From assembly GCA_024679065.1 (NCBI GenBank), contig JAGIQG010000040.1, positions 8,866,001-8,930,000 on the forward strand: a stretch of 64,000 nt of DNA, given 5' to 3'. How positions within the stretch are numbered: the stretch's first letter is position 1; every line of letters begins with the position of its first letter. The stretch is from Sphyrna mokarran (lineage: Eukaryota). Shown here piece after piece: positions 35,713 through 47,626 of this stretch. The notes beneath the pieces were generated by a model. The model worked only from the letters and a program-made list of their open reading frames with translations, made no database searches and was not told the DNA's origin. Position numbers and translations under genes: made by a program.

Positions 35713-37520
35713 AACATAGAAACAAAGAACATTACAGCACAGCACAGGCCTTTCGGCTCTCAATGTTGTGCCGAGCTATGTCAAATCCCAAGAGCAAGCT
35801 ATCCCCTTCCTATAATTGTGGAGTGCTTCATGTGCCTATCTAATAACCACTTAAAAGTTCCTAAAGTATCCGACTGCAAGATCGCAGCAGACAGTCTAAT
35901 CCATACCCAATCATCCTCTGAGTAAAGAATTTACCTCAGACATCCCTCCTATATCTCCCACCATGAACCTTATATTTATGCACCCTAGTAACAGCTACAT
36001 CCACTGGAGGAAATATTCTCTGCACGTCCACTCTTTCAATTCCTCTCATCATCTTATAAACTTTATTAAGTCGCCTCTCATCCTCCTCCACTCCAAAGAG
36101 AAAAGCCCCAGCTCCCTCAACCTTTCCTCATAAGACCTACCCTCCAAACCAGGCAACATCCTGGTAAATCTCCTCTGCACTTTCTCCAATGCTTCCACAT
36201 CCTTCTTATAGCGAGGCAACCAGAACTGAACACAATATTCCAGATGAGGTCTCACCAACGTCCGGCATATTTGCAGCATAACCCCACAGCTCTTAAACTC
36301 AAACTCCTGATAATAAAGCTAGCACACTATAAACTTTCTTCACTGCTCTATACAATTGAGTGACAACATTCAGAGATCTCTAGATATGAACCCCAAGGTC
36401 TCTCTTTTCCTATACATTCCTCAGAACCCTGCCGTTGACCTTGTAATCTGCATTCCAGTTTGTCCTTCCAAAATGAATCCCCTCTCACTTATCAGATTAA
36501 AACTCCATCTGCAACGTACCAGCACAGCTCTGCATCCTATCGATATCTCTTTGCAGCCTGCGAGAGCCCTCACGTCATCCACAATTCCAACGATCTTGGT
36601 GTCATCAGCAAATTTACTAGCCCACTCTTCAATCCCTTCTTCCAAGTCATTGAAAAAAATCCCAGAAAACCAGAGGACCCAGCACTGACCCCTGTGGAAC
36701 ACCGCTGGTAACTGGCCTCCAGTTTGAAAATTTGCCCTCCATTACAACCCTCGGTCTTGTTTGATACTGCCAATTATTTATTCAATTCGCCAATTTTCCT
36801 TCTATCTAACACCTCCATATCTTTTTCATGAACCTACCATGAGGAAGCTTATCAAACATCTTACTAAAATCAATGTATACAATATCAATAAATCTAGCTT
36901 TGTCCACACACTTAGTTACCTTCTCAAATAATTCAATCAAATTTGTGAGACAGAACTTACCCCTCACAAAACTGTGCTGACTATCCCGGATTAAACTGAA
37001 TCTTTCAAAATGGTCATGAATCCTATCTCTCAGGACCCTTTCCATTATCCTACTGACCACTGAAGTAAGACTAACTGGCCTATAATTACGATGGACATTC
37101 CTATTTCCTTTCTTGAAAAGGGGAATAACATTTGCCACTCTCCAATTCTCTGGTACTATCCGTATGGACAGTGTGGACCAAAGATCAAAACTAAAGTCTC
37201 TGCAGTCTCATCTCTTGCCTCCCAAAGTATCCTAAGGTGTATTCCACCTGGTCTGGGGGACTTATCGACCCTCAGGCTTTTGAAAATTGCTAATACATCT
37301 TCGCTCAGAACATTTACCTTCTGGATCCTATCATCCTGTATCACGCACTTATCTTCAAAAACATGGCCCCTCTCCTTAGTGAACACTGAAGAATAGTATT
37401 CATTCAACGCCTCACCTATCTCTTCTGACTCCATGCACAATTTCCCACTATTATCCTTGACTGGCCCTAACCTCATCCTGGTCATTCTTTTATTTCTTAC
37501 ACAAGAGTGAAAAGCCTTGG
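35713..37520 (-). mobile_element. Decayed CR1 ORF2 fragment at the inner end of the left arm
   Basis: RT motifs NYRPVSLTSVV and KFADDTK with stops and frameshifts; counterpart at 43335-45452. Confidence 0.93.
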
Positions 37521-37573
37521 CTTTTATTCGAACCACCAAGGACTTCTTTATGGCTCGTACCACCAAGGCACCC

Positions 37574-37646
37574 TGCCAAAACCCGGGTTCGAACCACGGA
37601 CCTTTAGATCTTCAGTCTAACGCTCTCCCAACTGAGCTATTTCGGC
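37574..37646 (-). tRNA. tRNA-Phe(GAA), three deviations from the canonical vertebrate sequence as I recall it
   Basis: GCCGAAATAGCTCAGTTGGGAGAGCGTTAGACTGAAGATCTAAAGGTCCGTGGTTCGAACCCGGGTTTTGGCA, 73 nt. Confidence 0.88.
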
Positions 37647-37834
37647 TGCCTGGTGAGCTGAAGCTTCCATCTCCCAAATATATAAGAGAGCAATGATATC
37701 TGCCTATTCAATAATGCATCATTTTCATCTTTCTTCGAATAACTGCAACCAAATATCTCAGAAATAAAAGCAAATTGCTGCGGATGGGAAAAGAGAAAAA
37801 GGTGCAAAATCTCACACTATCTGAGAGCACCTGT

Positions 37835-40800
37835 AAGGAGTGAAAAGGCGGATATTTCCAGTCCTGATGACCCTTTATGAAAGCTCATTGTACATTTGTA
37901 CTCAATATTCGTTTCAATATTTAGTATCAGTGTATTATTTAGCACATATGTCTTCATTATGAATTGAATATCTTTGAAATTGAGCATCAGTGAATTGAAA
38001 ACATAACTGACCAACAGAACGAACCCAATCAACGGGTAATACAGACTGCAATTCTGAGATTGAATATCGTCAGCCTTTAAACGAAGTCAACTCCATTTAA
38101 ATGGAGGAAAATCAAGAATTATCTGTTAGTACCCCTTGAGCCTTTTTTATTATGGATGTGAAACATTCAGGCGCATAAATTCCGGCCCGTTACAGGAATA
38201 TCCAAAAGACTCGCGCAGAGTCTCGACTCCCTCGTCTGTCTCAATGTCTTTTCCTGTTTCTTAGTGATAAAAAGCGATTTAAAAAAAGATTCTTCTTTGA
38301 AATGTGCACCATTTCCCCAAGTTCACTTACAGTATCACATGTATCTGTCTGTTTGAGCACACACTACTATCAGATATTTCAGATGGTGATTAACCATATC
38401 AGTCTGCACCTATAAACCCATTAAAGTCTGTTGTAGACTGAACGAGATGCGAATATGTGCTCGGTGTCAAAATCCAACTTTCCTGTCTGTGCGTCAAAAA
38501 ATGCGTACCTCATTTCGCAGAAAGCATTTGAGGGTGAAGTCAGGGCAATGATAACATGTCTTTAAGGATCATGGCAAGTCTCACAAGGACTGGCAGCATC
38601 TAGAAGGAGTGAAAGGAGCTGACGTTTCGAGTCGAGATGACATTTTGTCAAAGCTCATTGTACAATTGTGCACAGTATTTGTTTCAATATTCAGTATCAA
38701 TGTATTATTGAACACATATGTCTTCATTACCAAATGGCTTATGTCTCGAATTGAACATCACTAAATTGCAAACATAACTGGCCAAAAAAATGAATCGAGT
38801 CACCGGGTAATACAGATCGCAACTTTAAAATTTAGCAGTCAGTTTTTTTTAAAAATCAACTAGATCAAACTGCAAGTGATTTAAGAATTATCTGTTGGTG
38901 ACCTTTGAGGCTTTTTTGTTATGGGCGTGAAACATTGAGGCACACAAATTTCTTTATAGGAAAATCAAGTAGGTCCGCGCTGAGTATCGATTACCTCATC
39001 TTCAAATGCTTCAGTCGGAGGAGAGAAGGAGGTAGAAGGGGGGAGGAATGGCATTATTAGTCAAAGACTGTATCACAGTGACAGAAAAGAAGTTTGATGA
39101 GGACTCGTCTGTTGAGGTAGTATGGGCTGAGATTAGAAACAGGAGAGGAAAGGTCACCCTGTTGGGAGTCTTTTATACACCTCCTAAAAGTTCTAGAGAG
39201 GTAGAGGAAAGGATTGCAAAGTCAATCCTGGACAGGAGTGAAAGTAATAGGGTAATTGTTATGGGGGACTTTAACTTTACTAATATTGATTGGAATAGCT
39301 ATAGCTCTAGCTCGTTAGAAGGGCCAGTTTTCATACAAAGTGTGCAGGAAGGTTTTTTGACTCAGTATGTAGATTGGCCAACTAGAGGTGAGGCTACATT
39401 GGATTTGGTGCTGGGCAATGAGCCAGACCAGGTGTTAGGCTTGGAAGTTGGTGAACATTTTGGTGATAGTGACCACAATTCGGTTACGTTCACCTTAGTG
39501 ATATATAGGGATAGGCATGAAGCTGGGGGTAGTAGTTATAGCAGGGGGAAGGGTAATTATGAGGCCACAAGGAGAGAATTAGGGTGCGTAGATTGGACTA
39601 GGAAACTACAGGGAATGGGAACATCTGCAATGTGGAGCTTATTCAAGGAGCAGCTGCTGCGAGTCCTTGATAAGTATGTCCCTGTCAGGCAAGGAGGAAA
39701 TGGTCGAATACGGGAACCTTGGTGTACGAAAAAAGTTGATTCGCTGGTTAAAAGGAAAAAGGAGGCTTATGTCAGGATGAGGCTTGAAGGCTCGGATAGT
39801 GCAATAGATAGCTATAGATTAGCCAGGAGGGAGCTAAAGAGTGAGTTGAGGAGAGCTAAGAGGGGACATGAGAAGACTTTGGCTGATAGGATTAAGGAGA
39901 ATCCTAAAGCTTTCTTTAGATATGTTAAGAGTAGAAGATTGGTTAGGGCAAGATTCGGGCCAGTCATGGACAGCAGTGGGACGTTGTGCGTGGAGCCTGA
40001 GGAGATTGGAGAGGCACTGAATAAATAGTTCTCTTCGGTATTCACGCAGGGGGATGTAAATGTAGTTGTGGTACAGGGTTGCAAACTGGAAAGTATTGAA
40101 GTAGACAGGGAGGATATGCTAGATATTCTTGAAGGTTTAAAGTTGGATAAGTCCCCTGGGCCGGACGGGATTTACCGTAGGATTCTCTGGGAGGCAAGAG
40201 AGGTGATTGCAGAGCCTCTGGCTCTGATCTTCAGGTCGTCATTGTTTACGGGTATGGTTCCGGAAGATTGGAGGATAGCGAATGTGGTCCCATTGTTCAA
40301 GAAGGGGAAGAGAGACCTTTCAGGGAATTATAGGCCAGTGAGTCTTACTTCTGTTGTGGGCAAAGTATTGGAGAGAATTTTTAGGGATAGGATTTATAGT
40401 TATTTAGAGAGAAATGAATTGATTGGGGATAGTCAGCATGGTTGTGTGAAGGGTAGGTCGTGCCTTACTAACCTTATTGAGTTTTTTGAAAAAGTGACCA
40501 AAGAGGAGGATGGGGGTAAGGCGGTTGAGGTGGTATATATGGACTTTAGTAAGGCGTTCGATAAGGTGTCCCATGGAAGGCTTCTGCAGAAAATGCAGAT
40601 GTACGGGGTAGAGTGTGATTTAGCTAATTGGATTAGGAATTGGCTAGCAGATAGAAGACAGAGGGTGGTGGTTGATGGTAGATATTCATCGTGGAGTTCG
40701 GTTACAAGTGGTGTACCTCATTGGGTCTGTTTTGGGGCCCCTGCTGTTTGTAATTTTTATAAATGATCTGGATGAGGGTATTGAAGGATGGATTAGTAAG

Positions 40801-42030
40801 TTTGCAGGTGATACTAAAGTCGGTGGAGTGGTAGATAGTGAAGAGGGGTGTTATAGTTTGCAGAGAGACTTGGACAAGTTGCAGAGCTGGGCCGAGAGGT
40901 GGCAAATGGAGTTTAATGTGGAAAAGTGTGAGGTAATGCACTTTGGCAGGAATAATAAATGTGCAGAGTATAGGGCTAATGGTAGGATTCTTAATAGTGT
41001 TGATGAACAGAGGGATCTTGGTGTATTTGTGCATAGATCCCTGAAAGTAGGCAGTCAAGTCGAGAAGGTTGTTAAGAAGGCATATGGAGTCTTAGCTTTT
41101 ATTGGTAGGGGGATTGAATTTCGGAGCCGCAACGTCATGTTGCAACTTTACAAAACTCTAGTGCGGCCGCACTTGGAGTATTGTGTGCAGTTCTGGTCCC
41201 CACATTATAAGAAAGATGTGGAGGCATTGGAGAGGGTACAGAGGAGGTTTACCAGGATGTTGCCTGGTATGGAGGGCAGGTCTTATGAGGAGAGGCTGAG
41301 GGATTTGAGGTTGTTTTCGTTAGAAAGGAGGCGGCTAAGAGGAGACCTTATTGAAACATATAAGATGATTAGAGGTTTAGATAGGGTGGACAGTGATAAC
41401 CTTTTTCCTAGGATGGAGAAAGCTAGCATGAGGGGACACAGCTTTAAATTAAGGGGTGATAGTTATAGGACGGATATCAGAGGTAGGTTCTTTATCCAGA
41501 GGGTGGTTAGGGAGTGGAATGCACTGCCTGCGGCAGTTGTAGATGCGCCAAGTTTGGTGGCGTTTAAGAGGTTAGTTGATAAGTTTATGGAAGAGAAGGA
41601 AATGGTTTAGTTTGGAGGGTCATTGCTTTTTCTTAATTGGTCGGCGCAACATCGAAGGCCGAAGGGCCTGTTCTGCGCTGTAATGTTCTATGTTCTATCT
41701 GTCAGATTGGTTTTTCCTGTTTCTTAGTGCTGGAAAACGATTTAGAAAAGATTCTTCTTTGAAATGTACGTCATTTCCTCTAGTTCACTTACAGTATCAC
41801 TTGTATCTGTCTTTTTGAGCACACACTACTATCAGATATTTCAGATGTTGATTAACCATATTAGTCTGCACCCATAAACCCATTAAATTCTGTTGTAGAC
41901 TGAACGAGATGTGAATATGTTCTCGGTGTCAAAATCCTGTTTCTGTTAGTGCATCAAATAAAAAGTGTTCCTTATTTCACAGAAATCATTTGAGGGTGAA
42001 GTCAGAGAAAAGATAATATGCCTTTAATAT
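37835..42030 (+). repeat. ~750 bp direct duplication (37835-38565 versus 38604-39000 plus 41697-42030); second copy split by a CR1
   Basis: aaagctcattgtaca and tttcctgtttcttagtg...gattcttctttgaaatgt...agggtgaagtcag present in both copies. Confidence 0.85.
39001..41696 (+). mobile_element. Young CR1 LINE, 2.7 kb, 5'-truncated: partial AP endonuclease plus RT; one stop (40026-40028) and one frameshift (~40720)
   Basis: MGDFNF, LDLVL, SDHN endonuclease motifs; [30 protein letters not shown]; (ttctatg)n tail. Confidence 0.97.
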
Positions 42031-42096
42031 CGAGGTTCGGAAAACGTTGAGCAACTAACAGCTTTCTCCTTACTCGACATGGGAAAGCCTAATGAA

Positions 42097-42169
42097 TATT
42101 TCTGCCTGGTTTCGAACCAGGGACCTTTTGCGTGTTAGGTAAACGTGATAACCACTACACTACAGAAAC
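42097..42169 (-). tRNA. tRNA-Val(AAC), CpG-decayed, probably a pseudogene
   Basis: GTTTCTGTAGTGTAGTGGTTATCACGTTTACCTAACACGCAAAAGGTCCCTGGTTCGAAACCAGGCAGAAATA; anticodon and acceptor stem mismatches. Confidence 0.8.
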
Positions 42170-42467
42170 AGCTTGATGTATGTTGCAGCAAATCTGCCTG
42201 TCTGTAATGTTCAACTCCGCTGTTTTGCTGCAGGTTCCGATGGTTAGACTGAGAGCCCATGTCGCTTAATTCAGGAAGATAACCGTTACTTTCCATCTGA
42301 TTGCAGCTTTATCCAGAACATCAAAATTTAAAAGTGTTCGTCTCTCAAATATCTAAGGGAGCAATGATTTCTGCCCATTCATTAATGGATCATTCTGATC
42401 TTACTCTGAATAATCTCAATCAATTGTACTCAGTAATAAAAGCAAACTACTGCATATACTAGAAATA

Positions 42468-42529
42468 GTTTTGAATCAGGAAACTTTCGCGTGTTGGATG
42501 AAAGTGATAAAGACTACATTATAGAAAGA
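42468..42529 (-). pseudogene. More degraded tRNA-Val copy in a ~360 bp tandem unit
   Basis: gttttgaatcaggaaactttcgcgtgttggatgaaagtgataaagactacattatagaaa; the flank repeats 42170-42400. Confidence 0.65.
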
Positions 42530-42750
42530 GCTGGAAGCAAGAAACAGCAACCCTGCCTACCTGAATTGTTCAACTACGCTGTGTTGCTGCAGGTTCCAAC
42601 GGTTAGAGCCCATGTCACTTAATTCAGGAACATAATCTTTACTTTCAATCTGATTGTACAACTTATCTTGAACATCAAAATTTAAAAACATTCTTCTGGC
42701 AAATATCGAAGGGAGAAATGATTATTGCCCGTTCAGTAATGCGGCATTTT

Positions 42751-43185
42751 CATCAGTGTACTCACACTAGGGAGAGACCGTTCATCTACCCTCAGTGTGG
42801 GAAGGGATTCACTCAGTCCCTAATCTGCTGACACACCAACAGATTCACACTGAAAACAGACTATTCATCTGCTCTGAATGTGGAAAGGGATTTGTGCAAC
42901 CATCCAACCTGCTGATAAACAAGTGCGTTCACACTGGGGAAAAGCCATTCACCTACCCTGAGTGTGGAAAGGGATTTATTCGATATCACATGTGCTGATA
43001 TACCAGTGAGTTCACACCAATGAGAGATCATTTTCCTGCTCCGAATGTGGGAAGGGATTTATTAATTCATCTTCTCTGCAGACAAAATACCGAATTTACA
43101 CCGTGGAGAAATCTTTCACATGCTCCACATGTGCAAAGTGTTTTGTTCGATCATAAAGCCTGCTGGTACACCAGCGAGTTCACAG
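42751..43185 (+). pseudogene. Tandem C2H2 (Kruppel-type) zinc-finger pseudogene fragment, about 5 fingers
   Basis: HQQIHTENRLFICSECGKGF...HTGEKPFTYPECGKGF with frameshifts and lost Cys/His ligands. Confidence 0.88.
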
Positions 43186-43334
43186 ATCACTGCACTGCTC
43201 TGATTGTGCGGCTGTTTATCGGATTCAGGACTGAACTTTGCTCATTACCCCATTGGTGAAATATTGATGATGCTGCTGCTAAGAGGCTGGAGTTGATAGA
43301 ACTTGCATTTATATAGCAACTTTCACAACCTCAG

Positions 43335-45452
43335 GTGAGAGCAGAAACTGTCAGGTATGGGCACAAACGAAAAGTGCAACTCTTTCAAGGGACAAACACT
43401 GCGTGCCCTTGATAGGTATGTCCCTGGCAGGCAGGGAGGAAATGGCCAAGTGAGGGAACCATGGTTCACAAAGGAGATTGAATGTCTTGACAAGAGGAAA
43501 AGAATAAGTGTACGCAAGGATGAAAAAAAAAGGTTCCGTTGGGTCAATTGTGTGTTACAATGTAGCTAGGAATGAGTTAAAGAAAGGACTGAGGAGAGAT
43601 AGGAGAGTGCATGAGAAATACTTAGCAGGTTGGATTAAAGAAAACCCCAAGGCTTTTTACTCTTATGTAAGAAATAAAAGAATGACCAGGGTGAGGTTAG
43701 GGCCAGTCAAAGATAGTAGTGGGAACTTGTGCATGGAGTCAGAAGAGATAGTTGAGGCGTTGAATGAATACTATTCTTCAGTGTTCACTAAGTAAAGAAG
43801 CCATGTTTTTGAGGATGTGTGTGTCATACAGGAAGATAGGATCCAGGAGGTAGATGTTCAGAGGGAAGATGTATTAGCAATTTTGAAAAGCCCGAGGGTC
43901 ATAAGTCCCCTGGATCAGATGGGATACATCTTAGGATACTTTGGGAGGCAAGGAATGAGATTGCAGAGACTTTAGCTTTGATCTTTGGTCCTCACTGTCC
44001 ACAGGGATAGTACCAGAGGACTGGAGAGTGGCAAGTGTTTTTCCTGTTTTCAAGAAAGGAAATAAGAATGTCCCTCGTAATTATAGGCCAGTTAGTCTTA
44101 CTTCAGCAGTCGGTAAGTTAATGGAAAGAGTCCTGAGAGATAGAATTTATGACCATATGGAAAGATTCACTTCAATGCAGGACAGTCAGCACGGTTTCAT
44201 GAGGAATAAGTCCTGTCTCACAAATTTGATTGAATTCCTTAAGGAGGTAAATAAGTGTGTGGACGAGGGTAGAGCTGTTGATGTTGTACACATGGATTTT
44301 AGTAAGACGTTTGATAAGTTTCCTCGTGGTAGGCTCGTGAAGAAGATACGGAGCTGTTAGATAGAAGAAACTTTGGTCAATTGAACAAGTAACTGGTTGT
44401 AACGTAGAAGACAGAGGGTGGTGGTGGAGGGAAAGTTTTCAAACTGGAGGCCAGTTACTAGCAGTGTACCACAGGGGTCAGTGCAGGGTCCTCTGTTTTT
44501 CTGGGATTTTTATCAATGACTTGGAAGAAGGGGCTCAAGGGTGGGTTAGTAAATTTGCTGACGAAACCAAGATTCGTGGAGTTATGGATGAGGTGGATGG
44601 CTCTTGCAGGCTGCAAAGAGACATTGATAGGCTGCAGAGCTGGGCTGAAAAGTGGTAGATGGAGTTTAAACCTGATAAGTGTGAGGTGATTCATTTTCGT
44701 AGGACAAACTCGAATGCAGATTACAGGGTCAACGGCAGGGTTCTAAGGAATGTGGAGGAACAGAGAGATCTTGGGAATCATATCTACAGATCACTGAAGG
44801 TTGCCACTCAAGTGAATAGAGTTGTGAAGAAGGCTAACAGTGTGTTAGCTTCATTAACAGGGGGTTTGAGTTTAAGAGCCATGCAGTTATGCTGCAAATA
44901 TACCGGACGTTGGTGAGACCACATTTGGTGTATTGTGTTCAGCTCTGGTGACCTCATTAAAAGAAGAATGTAGAAACATTGGAGAGAGTGCAGCGGAGAT
45001 TTACCAGGATGTTGCGTGGTTTGGAGAGTAGGTCTTTGAGGAAAGGTTGAGGGAACTGGGGCTTTTCTCTTTGGACTGGAGGAGGCGACTTACTGGAGGT
45101 TTATAAGATGATGAGAGGAATTCGTAAAGTGGACGTGCAGAGAATATTTCTTCGCTTCGATGTAGCGTGTTACTAGGGTGCATAAATAAAAGGTTCAAAT
45201 ATGGTGGGAGTTATAGGAGGGATGTCCAAGGTAAATTCTTTACTCATAGAATGATTGGAATGTGGAATAGGCTGCCTGCTATGATCCTGCAGTTGGACAC
45301 TTCAGGAACTTTCAAGCGGTTATTGGATAGGCACATGGAGCACTCCAGAATTATAAGGAGGAAATAGCTTGACCTTGCGATTGGACATAGCTCGGCACAA
45401 CATCGAGAGCCGAAAGGCCTGTAGTGTGCTATAATGTTCTTTGTTTCTATGT
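43335..45452 (+). mobile_element. Decayed CR1 ORF2 fragment at the inner end of the right arm
   Basis: IKENPKAFY, NYRPVSLTS and KFADETK motifs; several stops. Confidence 0.93.
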
Positions 45453-45635
45453 TTGCCAATGGTGCAATTTCGAGGTTCCAAACAATGAGTGAATCTGTTT
45501 GTTCACCAGCCTGTAACTAAGGTGCAGGTTCCAACTTAATTATTCCTCTGGAGACGCTCACTCAGAATAAATGTGGAACACAATGAAACCACCGCCATGC
45601 TTAGGTTTGAACTTCATTTCACTTTCTGGGAGAGG

Positions 45636-45705
45636 ATGCATGGACCAGCGAAAGGTGTCTTCTTCGCCATTTCTTATCCCATTCTCGCTGCCATTGGTGT
45701 TCCTG
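45636..45705 (+). CDS. GPR139-like GPCR copy B, exon 1
   Basis: MHGPAKGVFFAISYPILAAIGVP, donor gtcggt. Confidence 0.85.
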
Positions 45706-46709
45706 GTCGGTGAAAAATCCTAAATCATTCGCATGACTTGAACTGTATGGCATTGCATAAACTTTAACATTTTGTTGTTGAATATTCAGGTTTATTCGAA
45801 TGTAGCAAAATGCCTTGCAATGTTTTCAGTATTGAGGAGAATAAAGTCTATAATGTGGCCCGTATTTCATTCACTAGTATGCACAGTCTCAGAAAAATGA
45901 GTTATTGCAATCTAATAATTCAATTAGATGCATTGACATAGAGCTTACATTCAGTGGTTAAATGAAACGATGTTGCGACCTCCAATATATCTTGTCCATC
46001 TCCAGCTTTCATTTGAAAAGGGCTTGAGGCGTTTGTTTCTTCAGACAGCCGGATCAGGAGAATGGGGACACTTCACAAGTCTAACAAATCAACTTTATAC
46101 TGACGACAAAAATCACTTAGAATTGTTCAACAAATTTATTTTCTGAGGATCGTCCTGAAGCACAAGGGAAAGTTTAGTCTTTGAAAGAAGGGGTTCCCGA
46201 GGTTCGGGTCTCGGCAGGTAAAGGCAAATTGAAAATCAGGGGCATTGAAGTCCACACTCGGAGATACAGTGTGATCTCAGATTGCTGTAGCATGTTATCA
46301 AAACCTGGAAAGGCAAAAAGTTGGAGGTGTTTAAAATTTGAAGAAGGAGATTATAAAAACAGAGACGCTGCCTGAAAGAGGGCTGCTGGGGCTGATGGAT
46401 GGATGGGATTAGTATGAAGAAGAACAGTGACAGCAAATTTTCCTGTAGTATCTGAAATTTGATTATTATTTGAGGGGATCAACTCAGTGACAAGAGCGCA
46501 GAGATAAAATTTGGACTGCTTGCCCCTAATTGAAAATAACTTTAATACAGTTTTGAATGTAGTGCCATTCCCAAGATTTTACAATCAATGGAGACTGGAG
46601 TTGGAAAAGTGAAGGATGGGGTCGTTGTCAGTAACTGATTGGATAGAGCAGCAGTTGGTGTTTACAGTCCTCTCAGTAACACCTCTCTCTATCTCTTTCT
46701 ATCCCACAG

Positions 46710-47626
46710 CCAACTTGGTGACCATCGTAATCTTATCCCGAGGACGGTGCGAACTGTCACGGTGCATCACCTACTATCTTATCGTGATAGCATTGAGTGA
46801 TTTCCTTGTCATCATCACTGCCATAATCCTCAACCGGATTGGCCGCATCTACTTTCAGAACAGCGTCCTGTCAACCACCCCAGCATGTACATTCAGCAAT
46901 CTGCTGGTCTATTTTACACGGGATTCATCTGTCTGGTTGACAGTGGCTTTCAGCATCGACCGTTTTGTGGCCATCTGCTGCCAGAGGCTGAAGACCAGAT
47001 ACTGTACCGAGAAAACAGTATTGCTGGTTATAGGAATAGTCTGCATCCTGAGCTGTGTCAGGAATGTCCCTTTCTACTTCGCTTACCAGCTCTTGTACAC
47101 CATGGATGGGGTGCCATGGTTCCGTGTTTTTAAGTTCAACTATTACACACTGCCGGCCTGGCAGGCCTATGACTGGCTGGATAACATCTTAACTCCGTTT
47201 CTCCCGTTCCTCCTCATCCTGCTTCTTAACGCTCTGACCGTAAAATACATCTTAGTGGCCAGCAGAGCTCGCAGGAGACTCCGGGGCACGGAGAGTCACG
47301 GGGACCCAGAGATGGCCAACCGCAAGAGGTCCATCATCCTGCTCTTCGCCATCGCCCTCAGCTTCCTCCTCCTCTGGGTCACCTATATCATATACTTTCT
47401 CTATGTTTGGATTACAGGTGTGGGCTACCGCACCAGCTTGGATTTCAAAGACCCCCGGTACATCTTTCAAGAAACAGCAAACTTGCTTCAGCTAGTCAGT
47501 TCCTGCAACAACGTCTTCATCTACGCAGTAATTCCGAGAGGACCTGAAGAAGGTTCTGCTATGGCCTTTCACCAAGCTCACTGGCTAAAACACACATCAA
47601 TACGTGCTTGGCTTTCATCAACTTAG
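46710..47626 (+). pseudogene. GPR139-like GPCR copy B, exon 2; ECL2 Cys>Arg and 11-nt deletion after TM7 (probable pseudogene or altered receptor)
   Basis: WFR at 47117-47125 versus WFC in copy A. ctctcaggcca is missing at 47529/47530, so helix 8 is replaced by IPRGPEEGSAMAF...SST*. Confidence 0.82.

Larger units (their letters stand above)
13422..37520 (+). repeat. Left arm of an inverted segmental duplication
   Basis: Colinear reverse-complement match to 43647-64000 across exons, introns and old repeats. Confidence 0.96.

Noticed and set aside
37574-37646. Functional link between tRNA-Phe and a Phe/Trp-sensing GPR139-like gene
   Set aside because: Proximity only; Val and Glu tRNA relics are also nearby, and the ligand of this receptor is unknown.
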